The notes beneath the pieces were generated by a model that saw nothing but the letters and a program-made list of their open reading frames with translations, was not told the origin of the DNA and ran no database searches. Shown here piece after piece: positions 9,757-19,251 of a stretch of DNA of 64,000 bases. A program made the translations under genes and the position numbers. Every line of letters starts with the position of its first letter. Position 1 is the stretch's first letter. Origin of the DNA: Eubacteriales bacterium (GTDB taxonomy: Bacteria; Bacillota; Clostridia; Oscillospirales; CAG-272); assembly GCA_045611685.1 (NCBI GenBank), contig JAZKXO010000106.1, positions 92,493 to 156,492 on the forward strand, in the 5' to 3' direction.

Positions 9757-9785
9757 GCATATTGAGCTCTGTTTGTGCATATGTA
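9757..9785 (+). promoter_or_regulatory. Putative sigma-E type (mother-cell) promoter of the spoIIIA operon
   Basis: GCATATT (9757-9763), 14-nt spacer, CATATGTA (9778-9785). The B. subtilis SigE consensus as I recall it is KMATATT-14-CATACA-T. The -35 matches fully, the -10 only in its first four positions. Confidence 0.4.
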
Positions 9786-9812
9786 TAGTGTGTAATCAAA
9801 GGAGGGAAAAAA

Positions 9813-10712
9813 GTGGCAGATGGTCAAATTTTTTCGCCGCTCACTGCGGCAATCGCGTGCTTGCCTGAGCATATAGCGAATGCCATACGATCCACAATTG
9901 GATTACAAGGAGGGGCGTGCAACGAAATACGGCTGACTTTGGGTGGACATGCATACATAACCATAAACGGAAGAAATGTTCTCACTTCTGTTATCTGCAC
10001 AGAGGATGATTTGGTTGAAAGCGTCAGAGTCCTTAGCGGAAACTCACTATATACACACAGTGACACGATTCGCGAGGGGTTCATTTTTACCGATTCCGGG
10101 TTGCGTGTCGGCGTGTGCGGACGTGCCATCGTACACGACAATAAAATTGACCTCGTTAGGAACATAACCTCTGTTTCCATACGTATTCCCGGCAGATACG
10201 TCGGTGCCGCTGATACTCTGTATCCATATATCTTGGGTAAGAATGGATTACAGGGAATGCTTATATGGTCACCGCCGGGCGTGGGAAAAACAACGGCGCT
10301 CCGCGAGTTAGCATATCTTCTCTCTTGCTCCGAGCCGCCATACAGGACAGCCCTCATTGATACGCGCTACGAGTTGTCACAAGGAATTTGCGGCGGGCTT
10401 CTTGACGTTTTCAGCGGATATCCGCGGGCTATCGGAATGGAGATTGCCATACGCACCATGTCTCCGCAAATCGTGATCTGTGACGAAATTGCGGGGGAGG
10501 AGGATGCAGCTGCCGTTTTTAAATGTGCCTCGTCCGGTGTCGCGGTCGTCGCCTCAGCACACGCAGGAAGCGTCCACGAGCTTATGCGGCGGCACGATCT
10601 TCGCCCTATTATCGAAAGCGGCATTTTTCCAACACTTGCAGGCCTTTACCGCTCAGGTACGGGTGTAGAGGTCGTATGCACAAAGCCTGAGGGAGAGTCA
10701 CCTAGATGTTAG
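9813..10712 (+). CDS. spoIIIAA: Stage III sporulation protein AA (ATPase)
   Basis: GTG start after GGAGGG. Walker A SPPGVGKTT and Walker B-like VICDEI. First gene of an eight-gene spoIIIA-like array. Confidence 0.88.
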   Translation: MADGQIFSPLTAAIACLPEHIANAIRSTIGLQGGACNEIRLTLGGHAYITINGRNVLTSVICTEDDLVESVRVLSGNSLYTHSDTIREGFIFTDSGLRVGVCGRAIVHDNKIDLVRNITSVSIRIPGRYVGAADTLYPYILGKNGLQGMLIWSPPGVGKTTALRELAYLLSCSEPPYRTALIDTRYELSQGICGGLLDVFSGYPRAIGMEIAIRTMSPQIVICDEIAGEEDAAAVFKCASSGVAVVASAHAGSVHELMRRHDLRPIIESGIFPTLAGLYRSGTGVEVVCTKPEGESPRC

Positions 10713-11173
10713 GACTTATAGGATCCGCTTTATTGCTCATGGCAGCATTTATCCTAGGGCTTACGATAAGAAAAAAAGACAAGGATCATCTTTGTCTTCT
10801 ACGAGAAGTCATCTCGTTAATTCGTCACGCTCGCCGAAAAATTAGTTTGTTCGCCACGCCAATCAATGAGTTATTCAGGGACTTTAGTGAGGCAACTTTA
10901 CCGATCTTAAAAAACGCACTCAAAACGGCAAATCCTAAAGACGCAATCAATAATATCTCATCATTACTTGGGGTCGATGGTGATATATTGAGAAAAATGT
11001 ATAATGAGATTGCTACCGGATACAAAGAAGATGCGGTGCGTGCGTGTGATTACGCTACTGAACGAATGACGGATCGCGCGGCAGATTTCGAGAAAAAGTA
11101 CAACGCCAGAAAAAATCTCTATGTTTCCTTGCCGTTGCTTCTTGCTGTATCGGTTATCGTGTTACTACTTTGA
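10706..11173 (+). CDS. spoIIIAB: Stage III sporulation protein AB
   Basis: 155 aa with an N-terminal and a C-terminal TM helix. Overlaps spoIIIAA by 7 nt. Position and size fit SpoIIIAB. Confidence 0.8.
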   Translation: MLGLIGSALLLMAAFILGLTIRKKDKDHLCLLREVISLIRHARRKISLFATPINELFRDFSEATLPILKNALKTANPKDAINNISSLLGVDGDILRKMYNEIATGYKEDAVRACDYATERMTDRAADFEKKYNARKNLYVSLPLLLAVSVIVLLL

Positions 11174-11195
11174 ATTTTGTTGATAAGGAAGAATC

Positions 11196-11390
11196 ATGGA
11201 AGCGGAAATTATCTTAAAAATAGCCGGAATCGGTATTTTAGTAGCGGCAGCCTATCAGGTGTTAAACCGCGCAGGACGCGACGATCAAGCGATGCTTGTC
11301 TCACTTGCAGGGATTGTTCTCGTGCTTCTGATTGTTTTGGAGCAGGTTAATGGCCTCTTCAACAAAGTCAGAAGTCTGTTCGGTGTATGA
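11196..11390 (+). CDS. spoIIIAC: Stage III sporulation protein AC
   Basis: 64-aa two-TM protein (ILKIAGIGILVAAAYQVLNRAGRDDQA...), typical of SpoIIIAC. Confidence 0.88.
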   Translation: MEAEIILKIAGIGILVAAAYQVLNRAGRDDQAMLVSLAGIVLVLLIVLEQVNGLFNKVRSLFGV

Positions 11391-11770
11391 TGATCAGCGC
11401 AGGGGCGGCCCTTGCAATCGGAGTGGTATTCGTATCTCTTTTTTTGAAGCCTCAGCAGAAAGAGATAGCCGTATTGCTTGTTACTGCAGGTGTGTTGTGT
11501 TTATTTTTCATTGTTTTGACGCAGTCAGGAGAGGCACTTCTCATCATTCGGGAACTTTCTCAAAAAAGCGCCTTTAGCGAAGAAATTGAAACTATAATTA
11601 AAGCTTTGGGAATAGCAGCTGTGGCGGAAGTAACCGCAGATATCTGCAAAACCGTCGGCGAGAGCACCTTAGCGGGACAAGTTGAACTGATCGGCAAAAC
11701 GGAGATCCTTATTCTGTCACTTCCGCTTGCCGTAAAGCTCTTGACAATACTACAAGAGTTTATCACATGA
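11387..11770 (+). CDS. spoIIIAD: Stage III sporulation protein AD
   Basis: 127-aa hydrophobic protein overlapping AC and AE by 4 nt each. KALGIAAVAEVTADICK motif as in SpoIIIAD. Confidence 0.85.
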   Translation: MMISAGAALAIGVVFVSLFLKPQQKEIAVLLVTAGVLCLFFIVLTQSGEALLIIRELSQKSAFSEEIETIIKALGIAAVAEVTADICKTVGESTLAGQVELIGKTEILILSLPLAVKLLTILQEFIT

Positions 11771-12900
11771 AAAGACTCTCCGTTATCTGTTTTGCGTGTA
11801 TTTTGCTTCAGATATTTGCTTTGGAAGCACATGCCGCTGAATCACAAATTATTAACGAGTTTACAGCGGATTTTGAGAAACTCCTTGAGGGGATGCCTGA
11901 AAGCCTTAAAACAGAATACAGCAGCATTCTTTCATCGCCTGACGGTGCACAAAGACTCCGAGAAAGCATATCGTTTTCTGCTTTTACCGAGAAGCTTACA
12001 GATTCACTGCATGCTGTTTGGCCATCGGTTCTTTCGCTTTTTTGGGGACTCTTCGTTCTCGTTGTTTGCGCGGGCCTTTTTCGCAACTTCAACAACTCTC
12101 TTGCTTCACAGCCACTCGCCGATGCTGTGTCCTTTTGCATCACACTTTCCTTTGCTGTTCTAATGACAAGCTGTATTGACTCGCTTTTAAAAAATGCGAT
12201 TTTATATCTGGAAAATCTCACAAAATTCTCTGCGGCGACAGTTCCGCTGACAGTAGCCTTAAGCGCGGCCTCCGGCAAACTTACTGCCGCATCTGTAACG
12301 CACGCATCCCTTATGCTCTTGTTCACACTCATTCAGAATGTAGGTACTGTTCTGCTTTTACCGGTTGTGCAGGTCTCGTATGCTTTAGGTATCGTCGGTA
12401 CTGTCGGTAAGTTTATCCGTATTGACAGTATCACGAAATGCATACGCAAAGTGTTTACAACTGTCCTGGCATTTCTTTCACTTACTGTCGCTTTCATTAT
12501 TGGAACGCAAAACGCCTTGGCACGGAGCGCTGATACGTTTTCAATTAAAACAGTAAAATTCGCTCTTGGCAACGTTATACCGCTGGTGGGCGGTGCTATG
12601 TCGGAGGCCGTGTCAACCGTCACTACCGCTCTCGGCGTTATCCGGACCACAGCCGGCGGACTATTCGTGTTGGCAATTTCCGCTCTATTTTTACCAGTCA
12701 TGCTTGAACTGATTCTGCACCGTCTTGTGTTCAGCGTTTTGAAGGGGATCGCAGAGCTACTCGGATGTGAAACAGAGGGAAAGGTCATCGATGAAATCCA
12801 CGGAACAATCGGTTATATATTAGCGCTTGTTTCTCTCGTATCTGTGCTGTTTTTGTTCGTTATATCCCTTTTCACACTTCTTGGTGGTGAGCCTATATGA
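11767..12900 (+). CDS. spoIIIAE: Stage III sporulation protein AE
   Basis: 377 aa, signal peptide followed by a polytopic membrane domain. Position in the operon. Confidence 0.85.
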   Translation: MKRLSVICFACILLQIFALEAHAAESQIINEFTADFEKLLEGMPESLKTEYSSILSSPDGAQRLRESISFSAFTEKLTDSLHAVWPSVLSLFWGLFVLVVCAGLFRNFNNSLASQPLADAVSFCITLSFAVLMTSCIDSLLKNAILYLENLTKFSAATVPLTVALSAASGKLTAASVTHASLMLLFTLIQNVGTVLLLPVVQVSYALGIVGTVGKFIRIDSITKCIRKVFTTVLAFLSLTVAFIIGTQNALARSADTFSIKTVKFALGNVIPLVGGAMSEAVSTVTTALGVIRTTAGGLFVLAISALFLPVMLELILHRLVFSVLKGIAELLGCETEGKVIDEIHGTIGYILALVSLVSVLFLFVISLFTLLGGEPI

Positions 12901-13382
12901 ATGATTTTCTCACATTATCTTTGGTTTGTACGATCATCGGTATGTTAGCACCGGTGAAAAAAGACAGCCTGCTTAAAAAAGGCATCTCGTTTCTTTCGGG
13001 GATCGTTCTAATATTGGCAATCGTAATACCGTTAACTGAGTATGCAAGTGCACTCAAAAGCATACCGGAGCATTTTTTGACACTGTTGTTTCCGGACAAT
13101 GAGGAAGTAGAGGAGGTTCAAATAAATTCGGAAGAATGGGTGATCCGATACGCGAAAGAGAATATTGAATCCAAAACTGCTGCTACCATCGAAAATCGAT
13201 TCGGATTAACACCCGGCAGTGTCGAGGTTACAGTCAATGTGACAGCCGACAAGAAAGGAAACTATATTCTTTCGAAAGTACGCGTCAGTGTTCTCCCCAA
13301 CGTGATCCTCACTGAAAACATACTGGAAGATTACGTGGGCAATCTTCTGGCTTGTCCGTGTGAGGTTATTTTTGAATCCTAG
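12897..13382 (+). CDS. spoIIIAF: Stage III sporulation protein AF
   Basis: 161 aa with two N-terminal TM helices and a soluble C-terminal domain. 4-nt overlap with AE. Confidence 0.8.
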   Translation: MNDFLTLSLVCTIIGMLAPVKKDSLLKKGISFLSGIVLILAIVIPLTEYASALKSIPEHFLTLLFPDNEEVEEVQINSEEWVIRYAKENIESKTAATIENRFGLTPGSVEVTVNVTADKKGNYILSKVRVSVLPNVILTENILEDYVGNLLACPCEVIFES

Positions 13383-13396
13383 AAAGGGGAGAGACA

Positions 13397-13885
13397 ATGG
13401 AGGAAAAGTTGTCATTTTTTTCACGCTTAAAACGGCATAAAAATTCCGCTCTGATAGCACTTTTGGCTTTCACCGGCTTAATTTTTATCATATCCGGCGG
13501 AAAGGTGGAACAAAAAACACAGGAAAACACCGAAACCAAAACATATGAATCCGTATATTTTTATACAGAAGAATTAGAGAAGCGCATAGAAGCTATATGC
13601 CGCGAAATAAAGGGCGTATCCGAAGCGCACGTCCTTTTGACGCTGGACGGTGGGAGTGAGTTCATCTATGCAGAAGACACGTCTGCATCTGCCCGTGAGT
13701 ACGTCATAATCGAAGGGAAGGAGGCCGGAGGACCGATATTGATACAAGAGATATATCCAGAGATACGCGGAGTCGCCGTCGTCTGCTCACACGGGAATGA
13801 CAGCGAAATGCAAAAAACAGTAACCGAACTTTTGAGCGCAGCTTTGGGAATTTCAACCGCTCGCATTCGGGTCGCAGGTACATAA
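13397..13885 (+). CDS. spoIIIAG: Stage III sporulation protein AG
   Basis: 162 aa with an N-terminal TM. C-terminal ring-building-motif-like region (IRGVAVVCSHGNDSEMQKTVTELLSAALGISTARIRV). Confidence 0.85.
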   Translation: MEEKLSFFSRLKRHKNSALIALLAFTGLIFIISGGKVEQKTQENTETKTYESVYFYTEELEKRIEAICREIKGVSEAHVLLTLDGGSEFIYAEDTSASAREYVIIEGKEAGGPILIQEIYPEIRGVAVVCSHGNDSEMQKTVTELLSAALGISTARIRVAGT

Positions 13886-13954
13886 AAATCACACGGTAAT
13901 ATTTTACAACGAACGCGCATATAGTAAAACACATATTGATAAGGGAGGCCTATT

Positions 13955-14551
13955 ATGAATCACGATACACAATGGAAAGAAAAACTGTCCACCTTTAAAC
14001 ACCGGAGCGTTACTGCCATAAACAAAATCGGCAAAAAAGGAATGGTCATCATTTGTGCCGCAATGCTTATAGGTACGGCTGTGTTTTTGAATGTAATCCT
14101 TTTCGAGGGCACAGATGAATCCGGAAAGAATCTGGCCGTTGATATGAGCGCACTCACAGCGGGCGATTCTGAAGCGCTGGACGGCAGTGAAGAAGCGGTG
14201 TACAATTACTTCGCCGCTATGCAGTTAAGCCGCAAACAGGCGCGTGATGAGGCGATGGAGGTGCTTCTTTCCGTAGCGGAAAGCGGAACAGCTGTTGAAT
14301 CCATGAAAACAGAAGCCTTGGACAGCATGGCGCAGATTGCCTTGGATATCGAAAACGAATCCAATATAGAGACTTTGATTTTGGCAAAAGGATTTGAACA
14401 GTGTGTTGCGGTAGTAAACGGTAATACGGCAAGCGTAATCATTAAGACATCGGGACTTCTTCCGAATGAAGTTGCACAGATTAGCGAAATCGTCTATGAA
14501 CAAGCCGGTATCGTGCCTGCAAACTTGAAAATTATTGAAAAAGACGTATAA
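13955..14551 (+). CDS. spoIIIAH: Stage III sporulation protein AH
   Basis: 198 aa with an N-terminal TM. C-terminal YscJ/FliF-like region. Last gene of the array, followed by a terminator. Confidence 0.8.
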   Translation: MNHDTQWKEKLSTFKHRSVTAINKIGKKGMVIICAAMLIGTAVFLNVILFEGTDESGKNLAVDMSALTAGDSEALDGSEEAVYNYFAAMQLSRKQARDEAMEVLLSVAESGTAVESMKTEALDSMAQIALDIENESNIETLILAKGFEQCVAVVNGNTASVIIKTSGLLPNEVAQISEIVYEQAGIVPANLKIIEKDV

Positions 14552-14556
14552 CTTGA

Positions 14557-14588
14557 AAAGAGCGGCATGAAAAATCATGCCGCTCTTT
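14557..14588. terminator. Bidirectional terminator between spoIIIAH and the convergent membrane-protein gene
   Basis: Stem AAAGAGCGGCATGA / TCATGCCGCTCTTT with an AAAA loop, flanked by A-rich and T-rich sequence. Confidence 0.8.
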
Positions 14589-14595
14589 GATTCGG

Positions 14596-16236
14596 TTAAT
14601 TGTTAAAGACGTATTTAGAGTCACCTTGATACGGTTTGTATTCGCTGATTTTGACAAGAATGGTTTTTTCATTTACCATAGTTATGTACCCATTATTCGG
14701 GAATATAGGCAGAGAAGAAACGTCAACCTCATCACTGACTGTATCGTAGGAAGTGTAGAGAAAATCCAGCTTAATCCCCATACGTTTGCTGAGAAGCCCT
14801 TCATAGGACATTTGTGAACAATTACCACTTACCCAAAAATTTCCGATTTGTGCATATGCATTCGAGCAGTAGTAAACATCGCTGACGCAAAACAGTGGGT
14901 TTTCAGAAGGAACGCCAATAAAGTAGTATTGATATTCCGACGAGAGAAGATTTTCATCTTCAAGATCCGAAAGAACCTGCTCCATGATCGTCTCCGAGGC
15001 GTTTTGACCTTCGTACATTGCTTCTTGATCGAACCACACCTGCATTGCTCCTCCGTAAAGAAGAGCGAATGATAGGATTACCGTAAGCGTTCTTATACTC
15101 TTCTTATCGCCCAAATTTGCGAATGCAATAATAAGAAAAAGTGGTACAAGCATAGCAAGTCCGGCCGTCATCTGCAGTTCCAGCTTATCCCCAATAAGGA
15201 GCATATACACGCTGGCTGAAACGGGAAGAGAAGCCACCGCGGATAGAAGCGGCAAAAGACGAAGTTTCTTAATTTTCCACACACGAATCGACATAACGAC
15301 AATTGCCGTCATAAACAGGGCCAACAAGAGCCAGAAAATGCCGAATGGTTGCAGGCGGTTGATTTTCAGCTTGTCCAAAAAGAAATATGCACCAAAAGCT
15401 TTATATGTCCTAATAAAGCTCCGCGGTAATTGGACAATAAACTGCCGGAGTGTAAGAGCATCAACCCCGTTGTAATCGCTCAACGATGAGCGAGACAGCA
15501 GCAAAGCCAAACAGAGCGACGTGACATAAAACAAAGCGCCTATAGCTAAAGAGACACAAATCCGTAATAAAATTTGGCGCAGACTTCCTGTCTTATCAAG
15601 GTCTTGTTCATTGTCATGTGCGCACCGAGAAATGATGTAACAGACAGCGACAGTGCAGAACACCGCCGAATACGCTTGGTAGCAGGACATTGAAAGGCCA
15701 AGAAAGAGGCCCGACACACACACAGCAAGGAAAGTATTTTCAACCCTCATTGCCGCGTACAAGGCGAGAATGGAGAGAAAATATGCCAACGCGTATCCAA
15801 CGGAAGCATATCTGTACGAGAGTGTATTGGACACTAACGTTGACGAAAGAAAGAGCGCCAAGGTAAGGCAGCTTATAAAACTGTTTCTCACGTCCAGTAG
15901 CTCCAGAACAAAAATAAAACCAACAACGAAGAGCGCAAGCGCAAAGAGGGAAGCAATCGGATCTGCGTGAAGACCCATCATTATTTTATCAACAAAAAAG
16001 AGGAGCCATCTGCCGGAGGAAAACTCTGTGGCTGCGGCGTGGTAATAATTCTGGTGCCAGAGGGCATCAAAAGTATTCGTCAGTTGGTGCGTCATCATAA
16101 AAAAATAAAGAATCGCCGAAAACAAAAGCCCGAAAACAGCAACAACCTTATATTTATAGAAAAACAGTTTGACGCAGAAAGCAGGCGATAATACATCCAG
16201 TCTGTCGCGATGGTCAACTTTATTTGCAATCATCAT
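14596..16236 (-). CDS. Polytopic membrane protein, putative GT-C / GtrII-like glucosyltransferase
   Basis: 546 aa. About 10-12 predicted TM helices over residues ~30-400, then a ~150-aa soluble (probably extracytoplasmic) C-terminal domain. The SSGRWLLFF motif after the first loop recalls the Glucos_trans_II family. The family call is tentative. Confidence 0.55.
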   Translation of the reverse strand: MMIANKVDHRDRLDVLSPAFCVKLFFYKYKVVAVFGLLFSAILYFFMMTHQLTNTFDALWHQNYYHAAATEFSSGRWLLFFVDKIMMGLHADPIASLFALALFVVGFIFVLELLDVRNSFISCLTLALFLSSTLVSNTLSYRYASVGYALAYFLSILALYAAMRVENTFLAVCVSGLFLGLSMSCYQAYSAVFCTVAVCYIISRCAHDNEQDLDKTGSLRQILLRICVSLAIGALFYVTSLCLALLLSRSSLSDYNGVDALTLRQFIVQLPRSFIRTYKAFGAYFFLDKLKINRLQPFGIFWLLLALFMTAIVVMSIRVWKIKKLRLLPLLSAVASLPVSASVYMLLIGDKLELQMTAGLAMLVPLFLIIAFANLGDKKSIRTLTVILSFALLYGGAMQVWFDQEAMYEGQNASETIMEQVLSDLEDENLLSSEYQYYFIGVPSENPLFCVSDVYYCSNAYAQIGNFWVSGNCSQMSYEGLLSKRMGIKLDFLYTSYDTVSDEVDVSSLPIFPNNGYITMVNEKTILVKISEYKPYQGDSKYVFNN

Positions 16237-16429
16237 GCATCCCTATCTTTCTTTATAAGTAATCGAGGGAATGAACCCCCTTTATTCTACACTTTTCATC
16301 ATTATACTTCAATTTAAACTGTTTTTCAAGTCGATTAGAAAAACTTTCAGATCATTTTTAGTTTCAGGATGTTTTAATCCATTCCGTGAATAAAACTACA
16401 TTCCAATTTTTGTATTAGTTGTGTTTCTC

Positions 16430-16458
16430 TTGACTTTTTGCGCAAAATATAGTACAAT
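16430..16458 (+). promoter_or_regulatory. Sigma-A type promoter
   Basis: TTGACT (16430-16435), 17-nt spacer, TACAAT (16453-16458), in an AT-rich 240-nt intergenic region. Confidence 0.6.
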
Positions 16459-16476
16459 AAATGCGTTATAGTTTTA

Positions 16477-16806
16477 ATGAAAGGATGCTTTATCACAATG
16501 GAAGATAAGAATATTTTAGAGGCAACCGTTGACGGAAAGTTCCTTATGTACAAAGGACGTCCGCTGGTGCGCGGTGAAAACACAATCTGCTACGGCTTTA
16601 TGGAAGATCCGTACGTTTTGCAGATGACGATCATGACCACGAAAAAGGTTCAAGATAAAGAAGTACCCGACAAGGTTCTCATTCAGATTGTAAAGACAGA
16701 TAAATCACTTTCAGCGCAGGAGAGAATTGTAAAGCAGGATATGAAATCGGGGCTCTACGACGCCTTCGATCTCGGACTTATCTGGCTTGAGAGACTGCTC
16801 GGCTGA
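16477..16806 (+). CDS. Hypothetical small soluble protein
   Basis: 109-aa ORF with no TM or signal peptide and coding-like composition. Stops 14 nt before the next gene. An alternative start at ATG 16498 (MEDKNIL) lies 12 nt after AAAGGA. Confidence 0.55.
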   Translation: MKGCFITMEDKNILEATVDGKFLMYKGRPLVRGENTICYGFMEDPYVLQMTIMTTKKVQDKEVPDKVLIQIVKTDKSLSAQERIVKQDMKSGLYDAFDLGLIWLERLLG

Positions 16807-16820
16807 GAGGGGGATTTTCT

Positions 16821-17993
16821 ATGAACTATAACCTAAAGGTTATTTTGCTTGTTGTTGTCAGCATGCTCGTTCTCACGTCGTGCGCACTTATAAGAACACC
16901 GTCAGAACCGCCCACCGAGACAATGACCGATACCCCATCTAAAACAGAAACTACTGATGTCACCACAGAGGTAACAACCGATGAGCCGCCGGTAAGTGAA
17001 ACGTCCGAAAGCGAGACCACCGCCGAGGAAAATCCGCCTGAGCCGCTTCCGTATATCAACCCGCTCACCGGTGAAGGCATTAAAACAGATTTCACCACCC
17101 AACGTCCGGCTGCCATTATGATCAACAACATCAAAATCAGCTGTCCGCAGAACGGTGTAGGATCAGCTGACATTATCTACGAGTGCCTGGCCGAGGGTGG
17201 CTTGACCCGTCTTATGATGGTATCAATGGATTACCAAAATCTCCCGGAGGTTGGCAGTATTCGCTCTTCTCGCGATTATTTTTTGGATTTCGCTGCCGAT
17301 TATGACGCACTGTACGTACACGCCGGTGGAAGCCAATACGCATACATCGCTATTGCAGAGAGAAAAGTCCAAAACCTTGATGGCGTAAACATGTGGTTCC
17401 CCTCCACTTTCTATCAGGATCCCGACCGTAAAAAGAACATGGGATTTGAGCATAGCACTATGACAACCGGAGAAGGCATTGCATCCGGCATCAAATACAA
17501 GCGCTATCGTACTGCGCTGACGGAAAACTTTGATTACCCGCTTGATTTCGTTTCGTCGGATACCGCGCTTACATACGAAAGCAAGGCAGAGCACATCCAT
17601 ATCCCGTTCTCCCGTGTGCAGACGACTGACTTCGTGTATGACGCAGAGTCCGGTAAGTACCTCCGTTATCAGTTTGATGGTGAAAAGCACATTGACGGCC
17701 TTACAAACGAGCAGCTCGCTTTTGAAAATGTGTTAATCTATTTCTGTGAAACCGGTGCAATCACAGGCGACGCCAAAAACCGTATTGAAGTTGGCACGGT
17801 TGGTGAAGGAACCGGATATTACGCCACGAACGGCACGTATACTCAGATCACATGGAAAAAAGAAAGCCACACCGCCCCCATTAAATTCTACGGACCGGAT
17901 GGCGCACTGCTCCTTTTGAACGTCGGAAAAACATTCATTTCCGTCTGCCCGACCACCATCGAAAGCTCTCTCTCCTTCAATTACGAATGGTAA
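16821..17993 (+). CDS. DUF3048 (YerB-like) lipoprotein
   Basis: Signal peptide with lipobox LTSC, a T/E/P-rich linker, then RPAAIMINN...GSADIIYECLAEGGLTRLMMV, typical of DUF3048 proteins. Confidence 0.75.
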   Translation: MNYNLKVILLVVVSMLVLTSCALIRTPSEPPTETMTDTPSKTETTDVTTEVTTDEPPVSETSESETTAEENPPEPLPYINPLTGEGIKTDFTTQRPAAIMINNIKISCPQNGVGSADIIYECLAEGGLTRLMMVSMDYQNLPEVGSIRSSRDYFLDFAADYDALYVHAGGSQYAYIAIAERKVQNLDGVNMWFPSTFYQDPDRKKNMGFEHSTMTTGEGIASGIKYKRYRTALTENFDYPLDFVSSDTALTYESKAEHIHIPFSRVQTTDFVYDAESGKYLRYQFDGEKHIDGLTNEQLAFENVLIYFCETGAITGDAKNRIEVGTVGEGTGYYATNGTYTQITWKKESHTAPIKFYGPDGALLLLNVGKTFISVCPTTIESSLSFNYEW

Positions 17994-18030
17994 AAAAAGC
18001 CCCGAAAAGCAAATGCTTTTCGGGGCTTTT
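17992..18030. terminator. Bidirectional terminator
   Basis: GCCCCGAAAAGC (17999-18010) / GCTTTTCGGGGC (18015-18026), flanked by an A-run (17992-17998) and TTTT (18027-18030), between convergent genes. Confidence 0.85.
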
Positions 18031-18031
18031 G

Positions 18032-18775
18032 TCAGAAACTTTTTATGTAGTCGTAAATCATTTTGCCGAACACGGTTTCATTGTTCTCATCGAATGCATC
18101 CACGTATTTGCAGTGTGCACTGTGGCGCAATTCATAGTGTATCTTATCCTCATCACAGCCGAACTGTTTGAGGGTGGAAAGCAGAAGCTGTATCTGCTCG
18201 TAGCGATTCTTGATATCATTATCCGATACGATGATATACATTGGCGGGAACTCTTCCGTCTCACCAACGTGGTAAAGAGGAGCCGTATCGTCAATAATAA
18301 CGCGGCGTGTATCAATTCCTTGCTCCTTAAGCACCTTAAAATGCTTCGTCGGCTGGCCCGCATCCAAAACGTACGCAAAAAAATCGGTATTCTTAAGTCC
18401 GTGGGCACCGAGCCAGCGCGGATCAAAGCAGAGCATCATCGAGAGATAGCCACCAGCGGAGCTTCCTCCGATGAAAATACGCCTGCAGTTTCCGTACAGA
18501 TGGATATTTTCCTTGAGCCACGCGGCGGCGGCAGCACTGTCTACAATAAAATCGGGATACTTAGCTGTCGGATATTTCCGATAGTTGATAGGCGCAGCGG
18601 CGATGCCACGCTCTGCAAGATACGTAAACACCTCAGGATTCCAATCCTTATTTCTTTGCTCCAATCCGCCGCCGTGGATATACATAAACAAATCAAAACT
18701 GTCCGTGTCAGGCAGATAAAGATCCAAATTATTGTCCTCATAGGGACCGTATGCGATATCTTTGATAATTTTCAT
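18032..18775 (-). CDS. Alpha/beta hydrolase (esterase family)
   Basis: 247 aa. Oxyanion-type HGGG motif (YIHGGGLEQ) and nucleophile elbow GGSSAGG. The overlapping + strand ORF 17987..18823 has no such features. Confidence 0.8.
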   Translation of the reverse strand: MKIIKDIAYGPYEDNNLDLYLPDTDSFDLFMYIHGGGLEQRNKDWNPEVFTYLAERGIAAAPINYRKYPTAKYPDFIVDSAAAAAWLKENIHLYGNCRRIFIGGSSAGGYLSMMLCFDPRWLGAHGLKNTDFFAYVLDAGQPTKHFKVLKEQGIDTRRVIIDDTAPLYHVGETEEFPPMYIIVSDNDIKNRYEQIQLLLSTLKQFGCDEDKIHYELRHSAHCKYVDAFDENNETVFGKMIYDYIKSF

Positions 18776-18801
18776 AATATCCTCAATGATAAATTACGCC
18801 G

Positions 18802-19251
18802 TCAACGACGGCGTTTTTTGTGATGTGCAGTGGGGCGTTTCTTTCTTTTCCTTCCAAGGAATGCGCCAAGCACAGAAGCTGCAATAATAGCAACCCTCGC
18901 GAGTAGATTGACAAAAAAGGAGAAATTGCAAAATGCTTCTCCCAAAGGGAAAACAGAGAGGGCTAAGGTGATGAGCATATAGACTGCACCGGCAAGAGAG
19001 GCCGCTGAATATGGGGCATCGGAAAGGCGTGCGGCGGCAACACCGCCCACGAGTGAAGAAAGATATAAAGCACCGAGCGCGAAGGGAAGCGCAATTCGCG
19101 TCGGATCAGCCTGAACATACGTAAAGATCGCTGACGTTAAAAGCAGAATTAAAGCAGCTACCAAAGCCGTCAGAAGCGTATAAGCACAGGCCACGGGAAA
19201 ACGCAGTGTTTTTCTCGTAGCCAATCTTTGTTGATGGGCAGATACATTCAT
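18802..19251 (-). CDS. Small four-TM membrane protein with basic C-terminal tail (possibly TIGR04086/YrzE-like)
   Basis: 149 aa, four hydrophobic segments, tail RKRKKRPTAHHKKRRR. GGAGGA sits 6 nt upstream of the ATG. Downstream of yajC. Family assignment is weak. Confidence 0.5.
   Translation of the reverse strand: MNVSAHQQRLATRKTLRFPVACAYTLLTALVAALILLLTSAIFTYVQADPTRIALPFALGALYLSSLVGGVAAARLSDAPYSAASLAGAVYMLITLALSVFPLGEAFCNFSFFVNLLARVAIIAASVLGAFLGRKRKKRPTAHHKKRRR

Noticed and set aside
16900-17050. ACC/GAA/CCG-rich low-complexity tract
   Set aside because: It encodes the T/E/P-rich tether of the DUF3048 lipoprotein and is not an independent repeat element.
17987-18823. 278-aa + strand ORF overlapping the hydrolase gene
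   Set aside because: The - strand frame carries the HGGG and GxSxG esterase motifs and is bounded by a terminator. The + strand frame starts inside the terminator hairpin and has no motifs.
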